A program made the position numbers and the translations under genes. The notes under the pieces were generated by a model, which was not told the DNA's origin, did not search any database, and saw only the letters and a program-made list of their open reading frames with translations. This document shows, piece after piece, positions 36,052-45,805 of a stretch of DNA of 64,000 nt (position 1 is its first letter; every line of letters starts with the position of its first letter). Source of the DNA: Smithella sp. (GTDB lineage: Bacteria; Desulfobacterota; Syntrophia; Syntrophales; Smithellaceae); the NCBI GenBank assembly GCA_035524255.1, contig DATKPG010000012.1, forward strand, positions 95,163-159,162. Reading direction: 5' to 3'.

Positions 36052-37161
36052 TCAGCCGGCGGCATTTTCCGGCATAGCCGGGTAGTCTGTGTATCCTTTG
36101 GGGCCCGGTGTGTAGTAGGTGCTTAAGTCCGGTTTTGCCCAAGGCAAGTCTTGCGAGATCCGCTCCACCAGATCGGGATTGGCTATATAGGCGCTGCCGA
36201 ACGACACGGCATCGGCATATCTCCCGGCAATGGCACCATCCGCGCTTTGGGCAGTATATCCGCAGTTGGTTACAAGTTTCCCGCGATACAGCGGCCGAAA
36301 ATGTTTGGCGATCTCTTTGACGGCGTAAGGCACATTGTCAACCGGCAGCATGGGCTCGACCAGATGAGCATAAGCCAGGTCGGGATAATCGTTCAGGCGT
36401 TTCACCACATATTCGAAAGTAGGGATGGTATCCTGATCGATGGTAATGCCGAAAAAACCATGCGCGGAGGGATTAAGACGTATGCCGACTTTGTCAAAGC
36501 CGATTGCACCGCCTGCGGCATTGAGGACCTCGAAAAAGAAACGGGCCCTGTTTTCGTGACTGCCGCCGTAGGCATCAGTGCGGTTATTCGAGCAATTCGT
36601 GAAGAACTGGTGAATAAGGTAGCCGTTGGCTGAATGAATCTCAACGCCATCAAATCCCGCCGAAATTGCGTTAGTCGCAGCATTCTTGAAATCCTGGACG
36701 ATCGCGTGGATTTCATCGATGGTCAAGGCATGCGGGGTGACGGTTTCCTTGAAACCTGACGGTGTATAGGAACGGTCATGAGGATTGATGGCGGACGGCG
36801 CGACAGGGAGCATGCCATCGTGAAAATCGGGGTGCGAAATGCGGCCCACATGCCAGATCTGAAGGAAAATATGCCCGCCTTTTTTATGCACCGCTTCCGT
36901 GACCAGCCGCCAGCCGTCGATTTGCGCGGCGCTGTATATTCCCGGAGTATTGATATAACCGGCCCCCTGTTTGGATATCTGCGATCCTTCGGTGATCAGA
37001 AGTCCGGCCGTGGCGCGCTGCGAATAGTACAACGCGTGCAGAGCCGTCGGGGCATTCTCAGGGTTATCCGCCCGGCTGCGGGTCATGGGGGCCATGAAGA
37101 TACGGTTGGGGAGATCATATTTGCCGATTTTTACGGGTTTTAATAATGTTTGTTCATACAT
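36052..37161 (-). CDS. NADH:flavin oxidoreductase, Old Yellow Enzyme family
   Basis: Motifs LPNRIFMAPMTRSRA, HSANGYLIHQFF and RTDAYGGS. 369 aa. Confidence 0.9.
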   Translation of the reverse strand: MYEQTLLKPVKIGKYDLPNRIFMAPMTRSRADNPENAPTALHALYYSQRATAGLLITEGSQISKQGAGYINTPGIYSAAQIDGWRLVTEAVHKKGGHIFLQIWHVGRISHPDFHDGMLPVAPSAINPHDRSYTPSGFKETVTPHALTIDEIHAIVQDFKNAATNAISAGFDGVEIHSANGYLIHQFFTNCSNNRTDAYGGSHENRARFFFEVLNAAGGAIGFDKVGIRLNPSAHGFFGITIDQDTIPTFEYVVKRLNDYPDLAYAHLVEPMLPVDNVPYAVKEIAKHFRPLYRGKLVTNCGYTAQSADGAIAGRYADAVSFGSAYIANPDLVERISQDLPWAKPDLSTYYTPGPKGYTDYPAMPENAAG

Positions 37162-37361
37162 ATGCCACTCCTTGTTTCTTTATCAAGTTTTCATGGAGTA
37201 CTATCAAATCCATACATACGAAGGGTTAAGATATGAAACGGTGTTTGCCTGGAAAAAGTTTTATTTTACGAATTGACTATAAAAAACTCGAATGTGCATG
37301 TCAAGGAAATCTTGGCTTTCGAAGATGAGGCACGCCGCTTAATTATACCGGAGATTAAAAT

Positions 37362-38531
37362 TTAGTTTAAACAGGGTACATAGGGAATTTTGAGATATTT
37401 TTTTGCTTCTATCCGGGCGCTGCCTTCCCCGTCTTCCACATCCAAAGCCTTTTGATAGTATTCCAGAGCCTGAGCCCTTTTTTTGTAAATGTCATTAATC
37501 ATTCCCAGACGAACAAATGCCCAGACTCTCGATCGGGCATTGTAAAATGATGTATCCTTAATGACACTATTGAAATATTCCATGGACCGGTCGTATTCTC
37601 CCTGGTTAAAAAGGATTCTACCCATTAACTGATCATAGCGGGGCTTAAGTTGGGGGACAAAGGGAGGAGTGCCTGCCTGAATATTCATTTCAATCTTCCC
37701 GGCGATATCGGCGGCTTCGTCGTAGCGATGAAGATCCGCAAGAGTGCCGGCCAGAACAAACGACACATTATAATTATTGGGAAATCTTTTATTTAATTCC
37801 TGGGCATACGGCAGAGCCTTTGCCGGCTGTTTTTCAAAATTCAAATAAGCCGTAGAAAGTTCGGCCTGCGCCAGTTCTTTCAGCAGGTCGCCCTTTTGCG
37901 CCGCCAGTTCCAGTTCCTGAAGTCCTTTTTCCCGGTTTCCGGCGACGATGAATGACGAAGACAGAAAACGAATAAAGCCCGGGAGGTGATAGAGATGATA
38001 ATGAAGCAGGCCCATGAGAAGATACGCGTCATAATTTTGCGGATTTCCCTCTTTTGCTTTTTCCAGATAATCCCAAATATTGGATGTTTCCTGCGCTATG
38101 ATGAAATAACGTTTTTGATGAATGGCCCATTGAATTTTGGCGATTTTAGCCAAAGCCACGGCAAAGTAAGCCTGGCTGTCATGAGGATTATTCCTTATCC
38201 TTTTTTCTCCCCGGTTGATGGCTTCTTTAGCGTAATTCAGCAGCGCTTCCTGATGAATATTTCTGTCATTTAGTTCAAAACTCATTTCGTAGGAAATCAG
38301 GTGGAGCATAGCAAGATAAGCATATCCGGCGGGATTTTCCGGCTCAAGCTCCACGGCTTTTTTGATCGTTTCATTAGCGCCGTCCGCTTCCAGATTAAAA
38401 GCTTTATCAATCCCCTGCCTGAGATAAGCATTGTATGAGTTGGTTGGCGACGGGGCTGCTATTACATCGCTTTCGGCAATTGCTATTACAAAAAACGAAC
38501 AGAGAATAAGAATAAATATTTTTATCTTCAT
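37362..38531 (-). CDS. Secreted TPR-repeat protein
   Basis: The signal peptide is MKIKIFILILCSFFVIAIA. Multiple TPR-like A/Y/L repeat units follow (e.g. AQALEYYQKALDV). Confidence 0.75.
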   Translation of the reverse strand: MKIKIFILILCSFFVIAIAESDVIAAPSPTNSYNAYLRQGIDKAFNLEADGANETIKKAVELEPENPAGYAYLAMLHLISYEMSFELNDRNIHQEALLNYAKEAINRGEKRIRNNPHDSQAYFAVALAKIAKIQWAIHQKRYFIIAQETSNIWDYLEKAKEGNPQNYDAYLLMGLLHYHLYHLPGFIRFLSSSFIVAGNREKGLQELELAAQKGDLLKELAQAELSTAYLNFEKQPAKALPYAQELNKRFPNNYNVSFVLAGTLADLHRYDEAADIAGKIEMNIQAGTPPFVPQLKPRYDQLMGRILFNQGEYDRSMEYFNSVIKDTSFYNARSRVWAFVRLGMINDIYKKRAQALEYYQKALDVEDGEGSARIEAKKYLKIPYVPCLN

Positions 38532-38664
38532 AAGCTCAGGGTTTTTGCGATTCAAAAAAGAAACGAGAATATAATTTTGAAATAATATAATTATAAAATA
38601 ATCGGAGTCAAGAACGATTATTGGATGCGGATTGACGAAAATTATTTATTTTGATAAGTCATAA

Positions 38665-38765
38665 AAAAAGGGGTGGCCCGGCACACGTGACCTTATAGTT
38701 TATACGCCGGATCTGAGATTAAACCCGTTGAACCTGATCTGGATAATGCCAGCGTAGGGAGAGCT
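38665..38765 (+). promoter_or_regulatory. TPP (THI-box) riboswitch
   Basis: GGGGUGG...CUGAGAUUAAACCCGUUGAACCUGAUCUGGAUAAUGCCAGCGUAGGGA matches the conserved THI-box core almost base for base. It is located upstream of thiM-thiE. Confidence 0.9.
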
Positions 38766-38777
38766 TGTTGATTTAAC

Positions 38778-38817
38778 AACCCTTTTCGGCAGGTGCTGAC
38801 GGAAGGGTTTTTTTATA
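38778..38817 (+). terminator. Intrinsic terminator (expression platform of the TPP riboswitch)
   Basis: AACCCTT...AAGGGTT forms an imperfect stem around a GC-rich loop and is followed by a T7 run. Confidence 0.6.
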
Positions 38818-38957
38818 ACGTTTTGCCTGCTTCCGGCTGACTCTATCTGCATTGCCGCCGCGTTATTTTTTAAATGCGTAGCATGAGATGAACTACAAAC
38901 AACTGTTTACAATATAGAGCTATTTACGTACAATAAAAATATAAGGAGTTGAAAAGC

Positions 38958-39761
38958 ATGAGACTAACTGCGGCGGAAATTTACAAGTCCATGGAATTGA
39001 TTCGTCAGCAATCACCGGTTGTGCACAATATTACCAATTATGTCGTCATGAATAATACAGCCAACGCGCTGCTTGCTGTTGGGGCGTCTCCGGTGATGGC
39101 GCACGCGGAAGAAGAGGTCGAGGAGATGGTCAATATTGCTTCAGCCCTGGTGATCAACATCGGCACATTAAGCCAAAGCTGGATCAACTCCATGTTTAAA
39201 GCGGCCCGGCAGGCCCGAAAAAAAGGCATTCCTGTTATTTTAGATCCTGTGGGCGCGGGCGCGACCGCTTACCGGACGAACACGGCAAGAAATCTGATGA
39301 ATAGCGAACCACCGACCGTCATTAGAGGAAATGCATCCGAGATTATGGCTCTTGATGATGACCAATCCAGAACTAAGGGAGTCGATAGCGCGGCTTCTTC
39401 GGAGGCGGCAATCGATGTGGCGCTAAAGCTCAGCAAAATTCATCAATGCGTCATCTGCATCAGCGGTCCGACGGATTATATTGTCGATAAAGAAAATATT
39501 ATGAAGATTAAAAACGGCCATCCTCTGATGTCCAGAGTTACGGGATTGGGTTGCACGGCATCGGCCATTTGCGGAGCCTTTGCGGCGGTAGAAAAACGGT
39601 CTTTCGTCGCGACGGCTGAAGCCATGGCGGTAATGGGGATTGCCGGAGAAATGGCAGCCTCTGTAGCAGCGGGGCCCGGAAGCCTTCAGACTTATTTTCT
39701 GGATTATCTTTATCGCCTGTCCGAAGACGATATCACGGGGCATTTAAAAGTTGAGGATTAA
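38958..39761 (+). CDS. thiM: Hydroxyethylthiazole kinase
   Basis: Motif SPVVHNITNYVVMNNTANALLAVGASPVMA. The ATG at 38958 lies 9 nt after AAGGAG. Confidence 0.9.
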   Translation: MRLTAAEIYKSMELIRQQSPVVHNITNYVVMNNTANALLAVGASPVMAHAEEEVEEMVNIASALVINIGTLSQSWINSMFKAARQARKKGIPVILDPVGAGATAYRTNTARNLMNSEPPTVIRGNASEIMALDDDQSRTKGVDSAASSEAAIDVALKLSKIHQCVICISGPTDYIVDKENIMKIKNGHPLMSRVTGLGCTASAICGAFAAVEKRSFVATAEAMAVMGIAGEMAASVAAGPGSLQTYFLDYLYRLSEDDITGHLKVED

Positions 39762-40393
39762 TGATGCGGGGGGTGTATCTGGTTACTGATCGCGGTTTGT
39801 GCGGAGAAAAACCTCTGGACGAAATCGTTATTCGGGCGGTTAAAGGCGGCGCTTCTTTTGTGCAATTGCGCGAAAAGGAAATCTCCACGCGTTTTTTTGT
39901 GGAGGAAGCCAGACGGATTAGAAAACTGTTAGGGCCATATAAAATTCCGCTGATCATCAATGATCGTGTTGATGTGGCTATGGCCTGCGGCGCCGAAGGT
40001 GTGCATATCGGACAGGAAGACATGCCTTATGAAATTGTCCGAAACCTCATGGGGGAAAAAGCGATCATTGGCCTGTCCGTGGAAACATGGGAAGATGTTA
40101 TAGCAAGTCAAAAACTCGATGTCAGTTATATAGGCGTCAGTCCGATTTTTGCCACGCCGACAAAAACCGATACAAAAGGCGCGTGGGGTTTGGAAGGTCT
40201 TGCCCGGATTAAAGCATTCAGCAGGCATCCTCTGGTCGCGATAGGCGGGATTAACGAAAACAATGTGAGAGAAGTTGTAACGGCCGGCGCCAAATGTGTT
40301 GCCGTTGTATCGGCTATATGCGCGTCTGCTGATCCTGAAGCGGCTACCCGCAGAATCAATGAAATAATCAACTCGTCTTTGACAGAAATGTAG
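39761..40393 (+). CDS. thiE: Thiamine-phosphate synthase
   Basis: Motifs VQLREK, LIINDRVDVA, GVHIGQED and IGVSPIF.T.TK. A TAATG overlap couples it to thiM. Confidence 0.9.
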   Translation: MMRGVYLVTDRGLCGEKPLDEIVIRAVKGGASFVQLREKEISTRFFVEEARRIRKLLGPYKIPLIINDRVDVAMACGAEGVHIGQEDMPYEIVRNLMGEKAIIGLSVETWEDVIASQKLDVSYIGVSPIFATPTKTDTKGAWGLEGLARIKAFSRHPLVAIGGINENNVREVVTAGAKCVAVVSAICASADPEAATRRINEIINSSLTEM

Positions 40394-40489
40394 CTTCCGG
40401 GGATTATCTCATGAAATGGCAACCCAGGCTAAAGCGGTACGTGCCTGTCAACTTCCGTCATCTTTTTGCCGTTTTTTCTCCAGTGAATT

Positions 40490-40939
40490 CTAAAAATATT
40501 CCAGGCGATTAAGACTCTCCGATTCTTTTTCTTTTGGCAGCACCGTAAATGAATTAATCACATTTTGAGGTATCGAACGCAGCCTGCCGGTTTTGGCATC
40601 AACGAAAACCCAGTCGGTCTCACCCCTGACAAGCACGGCATTATCTTCGATGCGAATAATTTTGTATTTACGGAGAGATTGCACCCGGCGAAAGTCTGAC
40701 ACCCACGTCAAAACAATAAGATGTTCTCTGGCAAACGCGGGGCGCAGATATTCGACATGATGGGTCCTGACAACCCAGGTCGCGCCAATATCCGTTGTGG
40801 CTTTAGTGCATCCCTGACTATCGGAATGAAGAACAGAGGCTAATTGCATCCAGCGTAAATACTCAAGATTATTTACGTGGCCATTCACATCCACGGCATC
40901 TTCAGGAACCGTTAATTTATATTGAAAGATTTGCGGCAT
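40490..40939 (-). CDS. Acyl-CoA/acyl-ACP thioesterase (hot-dog, 4HBT family)
   Basis: Motif DVNGHVNNLEYLRWMQ. 149 aa. Confidence 0.75.
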   Translation of the reverse strand: MPQIFQYKLTVPEDAVDVNGHVNNLEYLRWMQLASVLHSDSQGCTKATTDIGATWVVRTHHVEYLRPAFAREHLIVLTWVSDFRRVQSLRKYKIIRIEDNAVLVRGETDWVFVDAKTGRLRSIPQNVINSFTVLPKEKESESLNRLEYF

Positions 40940-41228
40940 GTTGCCTCGTGCCCCTTATTGTATATGATTTCGCAAGCGAGCATTGCCCATGGCTTTGGGA
41001 TAACGGGCGGCTAAATTATTTAATTCCTTAAAAATCGAATTTTCTCCGCAGCTTGACATGAAGAAATTCAATAATAAATTGACACCGTTTATATTTTCAT
41101 GCCTATAATAAACAACAGTATTTTGCAATACTATATCGTGATGGCCACTGCGATGCCCGCGGAAATTTGTTTCTTTGTTAATTTGTGTTTGAAAAGCAAT
41201 ATACTTTTTTCTATGGAGGTCTTAAGCA

Positions 41229-41483
41229 ATGAAGAATGAAAAAGGTGCTTCGAATTGGTTTTTGATTATTATAATTGTGCTGATCATAGCGGCGCTGATT
41301 TACTGGTTTAAATATTTCGGAAAGCCCATGGCCACAGTTATGATGGGAGGCGCCGAGCAGGCCCAGCCGGCTATAGAACAGGCAAAACAGGCGTCTGACG
41401 CGATGAGCAAGGCCAACAAACTTGCTGAGGAAGCGGTGAAAAAAGCAGATGAAGACAAAGCAAATGCAGACGCGGAAAAATAG
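41229..41483 (+). CDS. Small membrane-anchored protein with an Ala/Lys/Glu-rich tail, function unknown
   Basis: 84 aa. GGAGG lies 8 nt upstream. It has one N-terminal transmembrane helix (WFLIIIIVLIIAALIYWF). No motif recognised. Confidence 0.4.
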   Translation: MKNEKGASNWFLIIIIVLIIAALIYWFKYFGKPMATVMMGGAEQAQPAIEQAKQASDAMSKANKLAEEAVKKADEDKANADAEK

Positions 41484-41621
41484 AGGGAATATTTCTGGGA
41501 AAAAAGAAGAAACGGAAAATTCAAGACAGACAAACCTTTTTGATCTGTGGATTAAACTAAGTCAAAATTAGCGGAGGCGATTAAATCCACCGTGTCATGG
41601 AATCTTCCTCGCCGCTCCGCG

Positions 41622-42767
41622 TTATGGATTATTCTGACCTGAGCTGATTTTTACCTGATTGCGACCGGCCTTCTTTGCTGCATATAGCGCCCTATCGGCC
41701 GCGGCTATCAACTCGTCGCTGCTCCTTCCATCCTGTGGAAAACTGGCCACGCCGAAAGAGGCGGTCACGGCAATAGCCGAGGAGCCAAACTTTACCTGTG
41801 TGGCCTCAATTTCCGCCCGTAGCTGTTCGGCGCGCTCACATGCGTGCTCCACGGCCATACCCGGCATAACCAGTAGAAACTCCTCGCCGCCATAACGGCA
41901 ACAGATATCGCTCCCACGGGAATAACGCTTCATTAATTCACCAAATACCCGCAGAATCTCGTCTCCAGCCAGATGGCCATATCGGTCATTGATATCCTTA
42001 AAGTGATCAAGGTCTCCCATGGCCACGCTGATGAAACGCATATAGCGTTGCGCCAACACCATTTCACGGTTCATGGTTTCCTCCATGTAGCGGCGGTTGT
42101 AAAGCCCGGTCAAGCTATCGCGGATGGACTGTTCGCGCAGCAGATCCTGCAACGCCCGCACCTCTCGCTCTATTCGCATGCGTTCGCTGATATCCATGAT
42201 AATTGTGATGAGCGTAAGCTTTCCACCGATATTCATGGCACTTCCGTGGATTTCGATGTCCACTATAACGCCATCCTTGCGCAGACCGTGGAATACGTAA
42301 TCGACGCGCTCTACTTCACCGCTGAGCCGTCTGCGCAATTGTTCCGCGACCAACGTCCGGTCCTGCTCGGCTGTTACATCGAGCGGCCCCAGTTTGTGGA
42401 TTTCATCGTCGCCATAACCGAAAATTTCGGCGAACCTGGGGTTGGTATAACTAAACTTACCGTCCTCGATAGTGGCAATCCCGACCAATGGCTGACTTAC
42501 CACGCCTCGAAACTTTGCTTCGGATTCGCGCAAGGCGCGAGTTATTTTTTCATTTTCGCGCAGAGACGCTTCCAGATCCTCGGTTCGTTTGTGCACCTGG
42601 TCCTCGAGCATGATCGTTGTCTGGAACAAACCGAAGTCGGAACCCTGCGCGTTGGTGCTGCGTTCGACCCGGTTCATCAGCGCCCTGATGACTTTGTTCT
42701 GACGATCAATCTCGGCCAGTAAACTCTGTTCATTCGCGCCAACTATTGGTGGTATTCGTTCAGGCAT
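41622..42767 (-). CDS. PAS-domain diguanylate cyclase (GGDEF)
   Basis: The PAS block is VSQPLVGIATIEDGKFSYTNPRFAEIFGY and the active site is RYGGEEFLLV. The start MPERIPP at 42767 overlaps the FIST gene's stop by 8 nt. Confidence 0.9.
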   Translation of the reverse strand: MPERIPPIVGANEQSLLAEIDRQNKVIRALMNRVERSTNAQGSDFGLFQTTIMLEDQVHKRTEDLEASLRENEKITRALRESEAKFRGVVSQPLVGIATIEDGKFSYTNPRFAEIFGYGDDEIHKLGPLDVTAEQDRTLVAEQLRRRLSGEVERVDYVFHGLRKDGVIVDIEIHGSAMNIGGKLTLITIIMDISERMRIEREVRALQDLLREQSIRDSLTGLYNRRYMEETMNREMVLAQRYMRFISVAMGDLDHFKDINDRYGHLAGDEILRVFGELMKRYSRGSDICCRYGGEEFLLVMPGMAVEHACERAEQLRAEIEATQVKFGSSAIAVTASFGVASFPQDGRSSDELIAAADRALYAAKKAGRNQVKISSGQNNP

Positions 42768-43920
42768 TTCGCACCTCCGAAACGGCGGTACCGATAACGA
42801 TACCCGTAAGCGTCTGATTGACATGGATGCCGCGGAACTGCTCGCCATAGGTATTGAAACCTATTGCATTATAACGCCGGAAAACATCTGCGACACGGTC
42901 TTTCAGCCCACTTTGCAGAATCTCCAACTTGCGCAGGATACAGTCACAGCCGATAACCAGTTGCGGCGGGCCGATTTCGTCCTGAATTGCGGCGAAGGAC
43001 TGTTCCATGTTTGCCACCATGTCCACGCCGCGCGCCACTCGAAGAACCAGACCCTCCTCGATTGCGCAGAAAAATGTCAGGCTGTTGTCCGAATTGGCTT
43101 TTTGGATGGACCGTACATAGTTCATGCCATCAATGATCACCACGACCGGCGAAGCCGCAAAGCGCATGGGGTCTAGATCATTTGCATCGACACCGGTCAG
43201 TCGAGCGTATTCCTCGGCTGCGGGCAGTCCGTTGATTTCTTTTACAATGCGATGGACAGTATCGACCTCGGTGACAACCAGTCTTTCATCGGTCGGCACG
43301 AAGTGCTGAATCTTGAATGTCCTGAAAGGCAATGATGTGCTGATCATGATCATGACTGCACTGTCCGGATGAAAGCGACCTTCAAAATACACGTAGGTGC
43401 TGCCGAAGTCCAGGCCATCACCCGCCGAGCCTCCAATCAGCGGCAATTTGCCCAGCGCGTTCTGCAATGTGCGTGTTACCAATTCTTCACGCACCGACAG
43501 ACCATCGATAAGAAGCACCGCAAAACTGTTCTGTGGCACCGCATGCGGCGCTTTGCTCTCCAACCTTTGCAATTGAGCTTGGGCAAAGTCCTGGCCTTTT
43601 GCGGTATTGAATTGCTGTAAATGGTCGATATGACCGGTCACGGCAGTAAATTCACTTGCAGGAAAGCTCGCGCCGGTTATGCTATAATCAGTATAACCGG
43701 CTGGTCCGATTTCCCCTGCCGTCGTGCAGCCAGTTACCTGAACGCCGGTAAATAGCCGGTCCATTTCCACGGCCAACACATCCAAATCGTAATTGCTTGA
43801 GCAGAAGAAAACCACTAGCGCCATGTCTGGTTGCGCCACCGCCTCGTAAAACTCTCTGGCGGCCGCGCGCGGATCTTTCGCGCAAGATTGCGCTGTTAGT
43901 ATACCTTTCCGGATATTCAT
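42760..43920 (-). CDS. FIST-domain sensor protein
   Basis: FIST_N/FIST_C-like blocks: VVFFCSSNYDL, GCTTAGEIG, IGGSAGD and GFNTYGEQ. It is translationally coupled to the GGDEF gene. Confidence 0.8.
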   Translation of the reverse strand: MNIRKGILTAQSCAKDPRAAAREFYEAVAQPDMALVVFFCSSNYDLDVLAVEMDRLFTGVQVTGCTTAGEIGPAGYTDYSITGASFPASEFTAVTGHIDHLQQFNTAKGQDFAQAQLQRLESKAPHAVPQNSFAVLLIDGLSVREELVTRTLQNALGKLPLIGGSAGDGLDFGSTYVYFEGRFHPDSAVMIMISTSLPFRTFKIQHFVPTDERLVVTEVDTVHRIVKEINGLPAAEEYARLTGVDANDLDPMRFAASPVVVIIDGMNYVRSIQKANSDNSLTFFCAIEEGLVLRVARGVDMVANMEQSFAAIQDEIGPPQLVIGCDCILRKLEILQSGLKDRVADVFRRYNAIGFNTYGEQFRGIHVNQTLTGIVIGTAVSEVRNA

Positions 43921-44199
43921 ATTGTCATCCTCATATGCCCGGGCGATCTATCCCTGATTATATGGATACCAACCTTTTTCCTATAAAATAACGATGATAT
44001 TTTACTCCAAATGTGCCTTTAATTCAAAACAAATATTCTGTTTTCGGAGTGGCGAAAATAGTCGGATTATTCTGTCATTACAAGCAAATACATAAGCATG
44101 ATGCGTCAAACGCAGGAATGTGCTATGAAATATTCATTGTGCGCTTATTTATGCTCAAAAATAAGCAATCGCAAATGGAAAATACTTTATGGCATTGAT

Positions 44200-44455
44200 A
44201 TGAATTAATAATATCACGGTTAGTTTTGGCGGACCGCTACTGCTTGACGGCTCGTCACTTCAGATTGAAGCTGGTGAACGAATTGGGCCTTTGGGACGAA
44301 ACGGTTCGGATAAGTCCATACCGATGAAACTGCTGCACGGCGACATTGTGACGGATTCTGGTAAAATTATACGCGATAAAAAATGTGCGAATTTCATAAT
44401 GCCTCAGGATGTTGAGGGCATTCCCGGCAAAGCGAATTTTATGACCGGCCAATGA
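44200..44455 (+). pseudogene. Remnant of an ABC-F family ATPase (N-terminal ~85 codons only)
   Basis: Frame 2 reads ITVSFGGPLLLDGSSLQIEAGERIGPLGRNGSDKSIPMKLLHGDIVTDSGKIIRDK...MPQDVEG, which is the ABC-F N-terminus. Walker A is degraded (GRNGSDKS instead of GxNGxGKS). The ATG at 44200 is in another frame and hits TAA after 2 codons. The reading frame ends at 44455, leaving more than 400 codons missing. Confidence 0.65.
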
Positions 44456-44469
44456 TTTTAATGAAGGAG

Positions 44470-45543
44470 ATGATGATGGAAGATGGGCTCTACAGGAAAC
44501 TCCAAAAACAACTTGACAGCTATTCGCTCGGTTTCCCGGCAACTGAATCAGGTATCGAAATAGAGATATTAAAAGATTTATTCACAAAAGAGGATGCTGA
44601 ATTATTCACCAATATGACGCCAGTGCTTGAGACTCCTGAGTCGGTATCCGCAAGGTTGGGAAGAAATCCAACTGATGTCGCGCGCCGGCTTGAAGATATG
44701 GCCGCCAGGGGGCTGCTCTTCAGGTTAAAGAAGGATAACGAGGTAAAATACGGGGCCATCCCTTTTATGCACGGGCTTCTGGAATTTAAGATCAAAAATC
44801 TCAGCAAAAACAGAGTCGTGATGTTTGAAAAATATTTCCGGGAGGGTTTTCAAAAGGCAATAGCCGGTAGCGGCGGTCTTTTCCTGCGAACCATACCGGT
44901 CAAGGAATCCATAGAGGCACAGAGGCATATTGCCGCTTTTGACGATGCCTGCGCAATTCTCTTGAAAGCCGACCTGATTGTCATAACGGATTGTATTTGC
45001 AGAAAAAGCAAGTCGGTTATTGATAATGCATGCGGAAAACCGGTTGAGGTATGTTTTATGTTCGGGTCTATGGCAAAATATTATCTTGATAACAAGATGG
45101 GGCGAAAAATTTCGTATGATGAAGGTGTCGCCATCCTGACCGAAGCGCAAAAGGCCGGTCTTGTGACTCAACCTGCATCTTCACAGAATCCCGGCGGCAT
45201 ATGTAATTGCTGCGGTGATTGCTGCGGAATTTTAAGAGCGATAAAATTGGATCCGAAACCGGCTGATTTAGTTTATTCCAACCATCAGGCCTCAGTGATT
45301 TGTGAAAATTGTTCCGGATGCGAAATCTGCCTCGACAGGTGCCAGATGGACGCTATTACAATTAATCATGAAGGAATCGCCGTCATTGATTACGACCGAT
45401 GTATCGGCTGCGGACTCTGTGTCATGACCTGCCCCTCCGACGCGATGTTTCTCGAAGAAAAACCTGAAGGGGAAAAAAAAGTTCCCCCGAAAAATTCCTC
45501 TGATCAGATGCTTGCCCTGGCAAAGAAGAGAGGTATTATATGA
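44470..45543 (+). CDS. Multi-cluster Fe-S protein (two 4Fe-4S ferredoxin motifs plus extra Cys clusters)
   Basis: Motifs CENCSGCEICLDRC and CIGCGLCVMTCP, plus CICRK...C and CNCCGDCCG clusters. AAGGAG precedes an ATG triplet at 44470-44478. Confidence 0.75.
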   Translation: MMMEDGLYRKLQKQLDSYSLGFPATESGIEIEILKDLFTKEDAELFTNMTPVLETPESVSARLGRNPTDVARRLEDMAARGLLFRLKKDNEVKYGAIPFMHGLLEFKIKNLSKNRVVMFEKYFREGFQKAIAGSGGLFLRTIPVKESIEAQRHIAAFDDACAILLKADLIVITDCICRKSKSVIDNACGKPVEVCFMFGSMAKYYLDNKMGRKISYDEGVAILTEAQKAGLVTQPASSQNPGGICNCCGDCCGILRAIKLDPKPADLVYSNHQASVICENCSGCEICLDRCQMDAITINHEGIAVIDYDRCIGCGLCVMTCPSDAMFLEEKPEGEKKVPPKNSSDQMLALAKKRGII

Positions 45544-45628
45544 GATCGTATGCGGACAGACACCAAAAATGAGCAAACTATAACGGTTATACATCCGCAT
45601 CAATCCTTTTCAATTCGGCCGCCAGGGA

Positions 45629-45805
45629 TCACCACTCTATGTGAACACCGGCGGCCGCGATAATCCGCCCGGATTTATATTCCGGTAAGATCCAACGGCC
45701 GCAATCGACGGCTTTTCGTAAAAGTTCTATATATCCTTCCCGTTCTTTAGCCCGTAAATAGTCATCATGAAGCGGCCCCTGCCCTGTTGCCGGTGAGCTT
45801 TTCAT
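45629..45805 (-). pseudogene. Truncated ATP-grasp (beta) portion of an ADP-forming acyl-CoA synthetase
   Basis: ...YIELLRKAVDCGRWILPEYKSGRIIAAAGVHIEW* resembles the N-terminus of AcdB/ATP-grasp_5 domains (A..GR..L.E.E.K..L..yGI). It is in a different frame from the alpha part and overlaps it. It stops after about 58 codons, where about 230 are expected. Confidence 0.5.
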
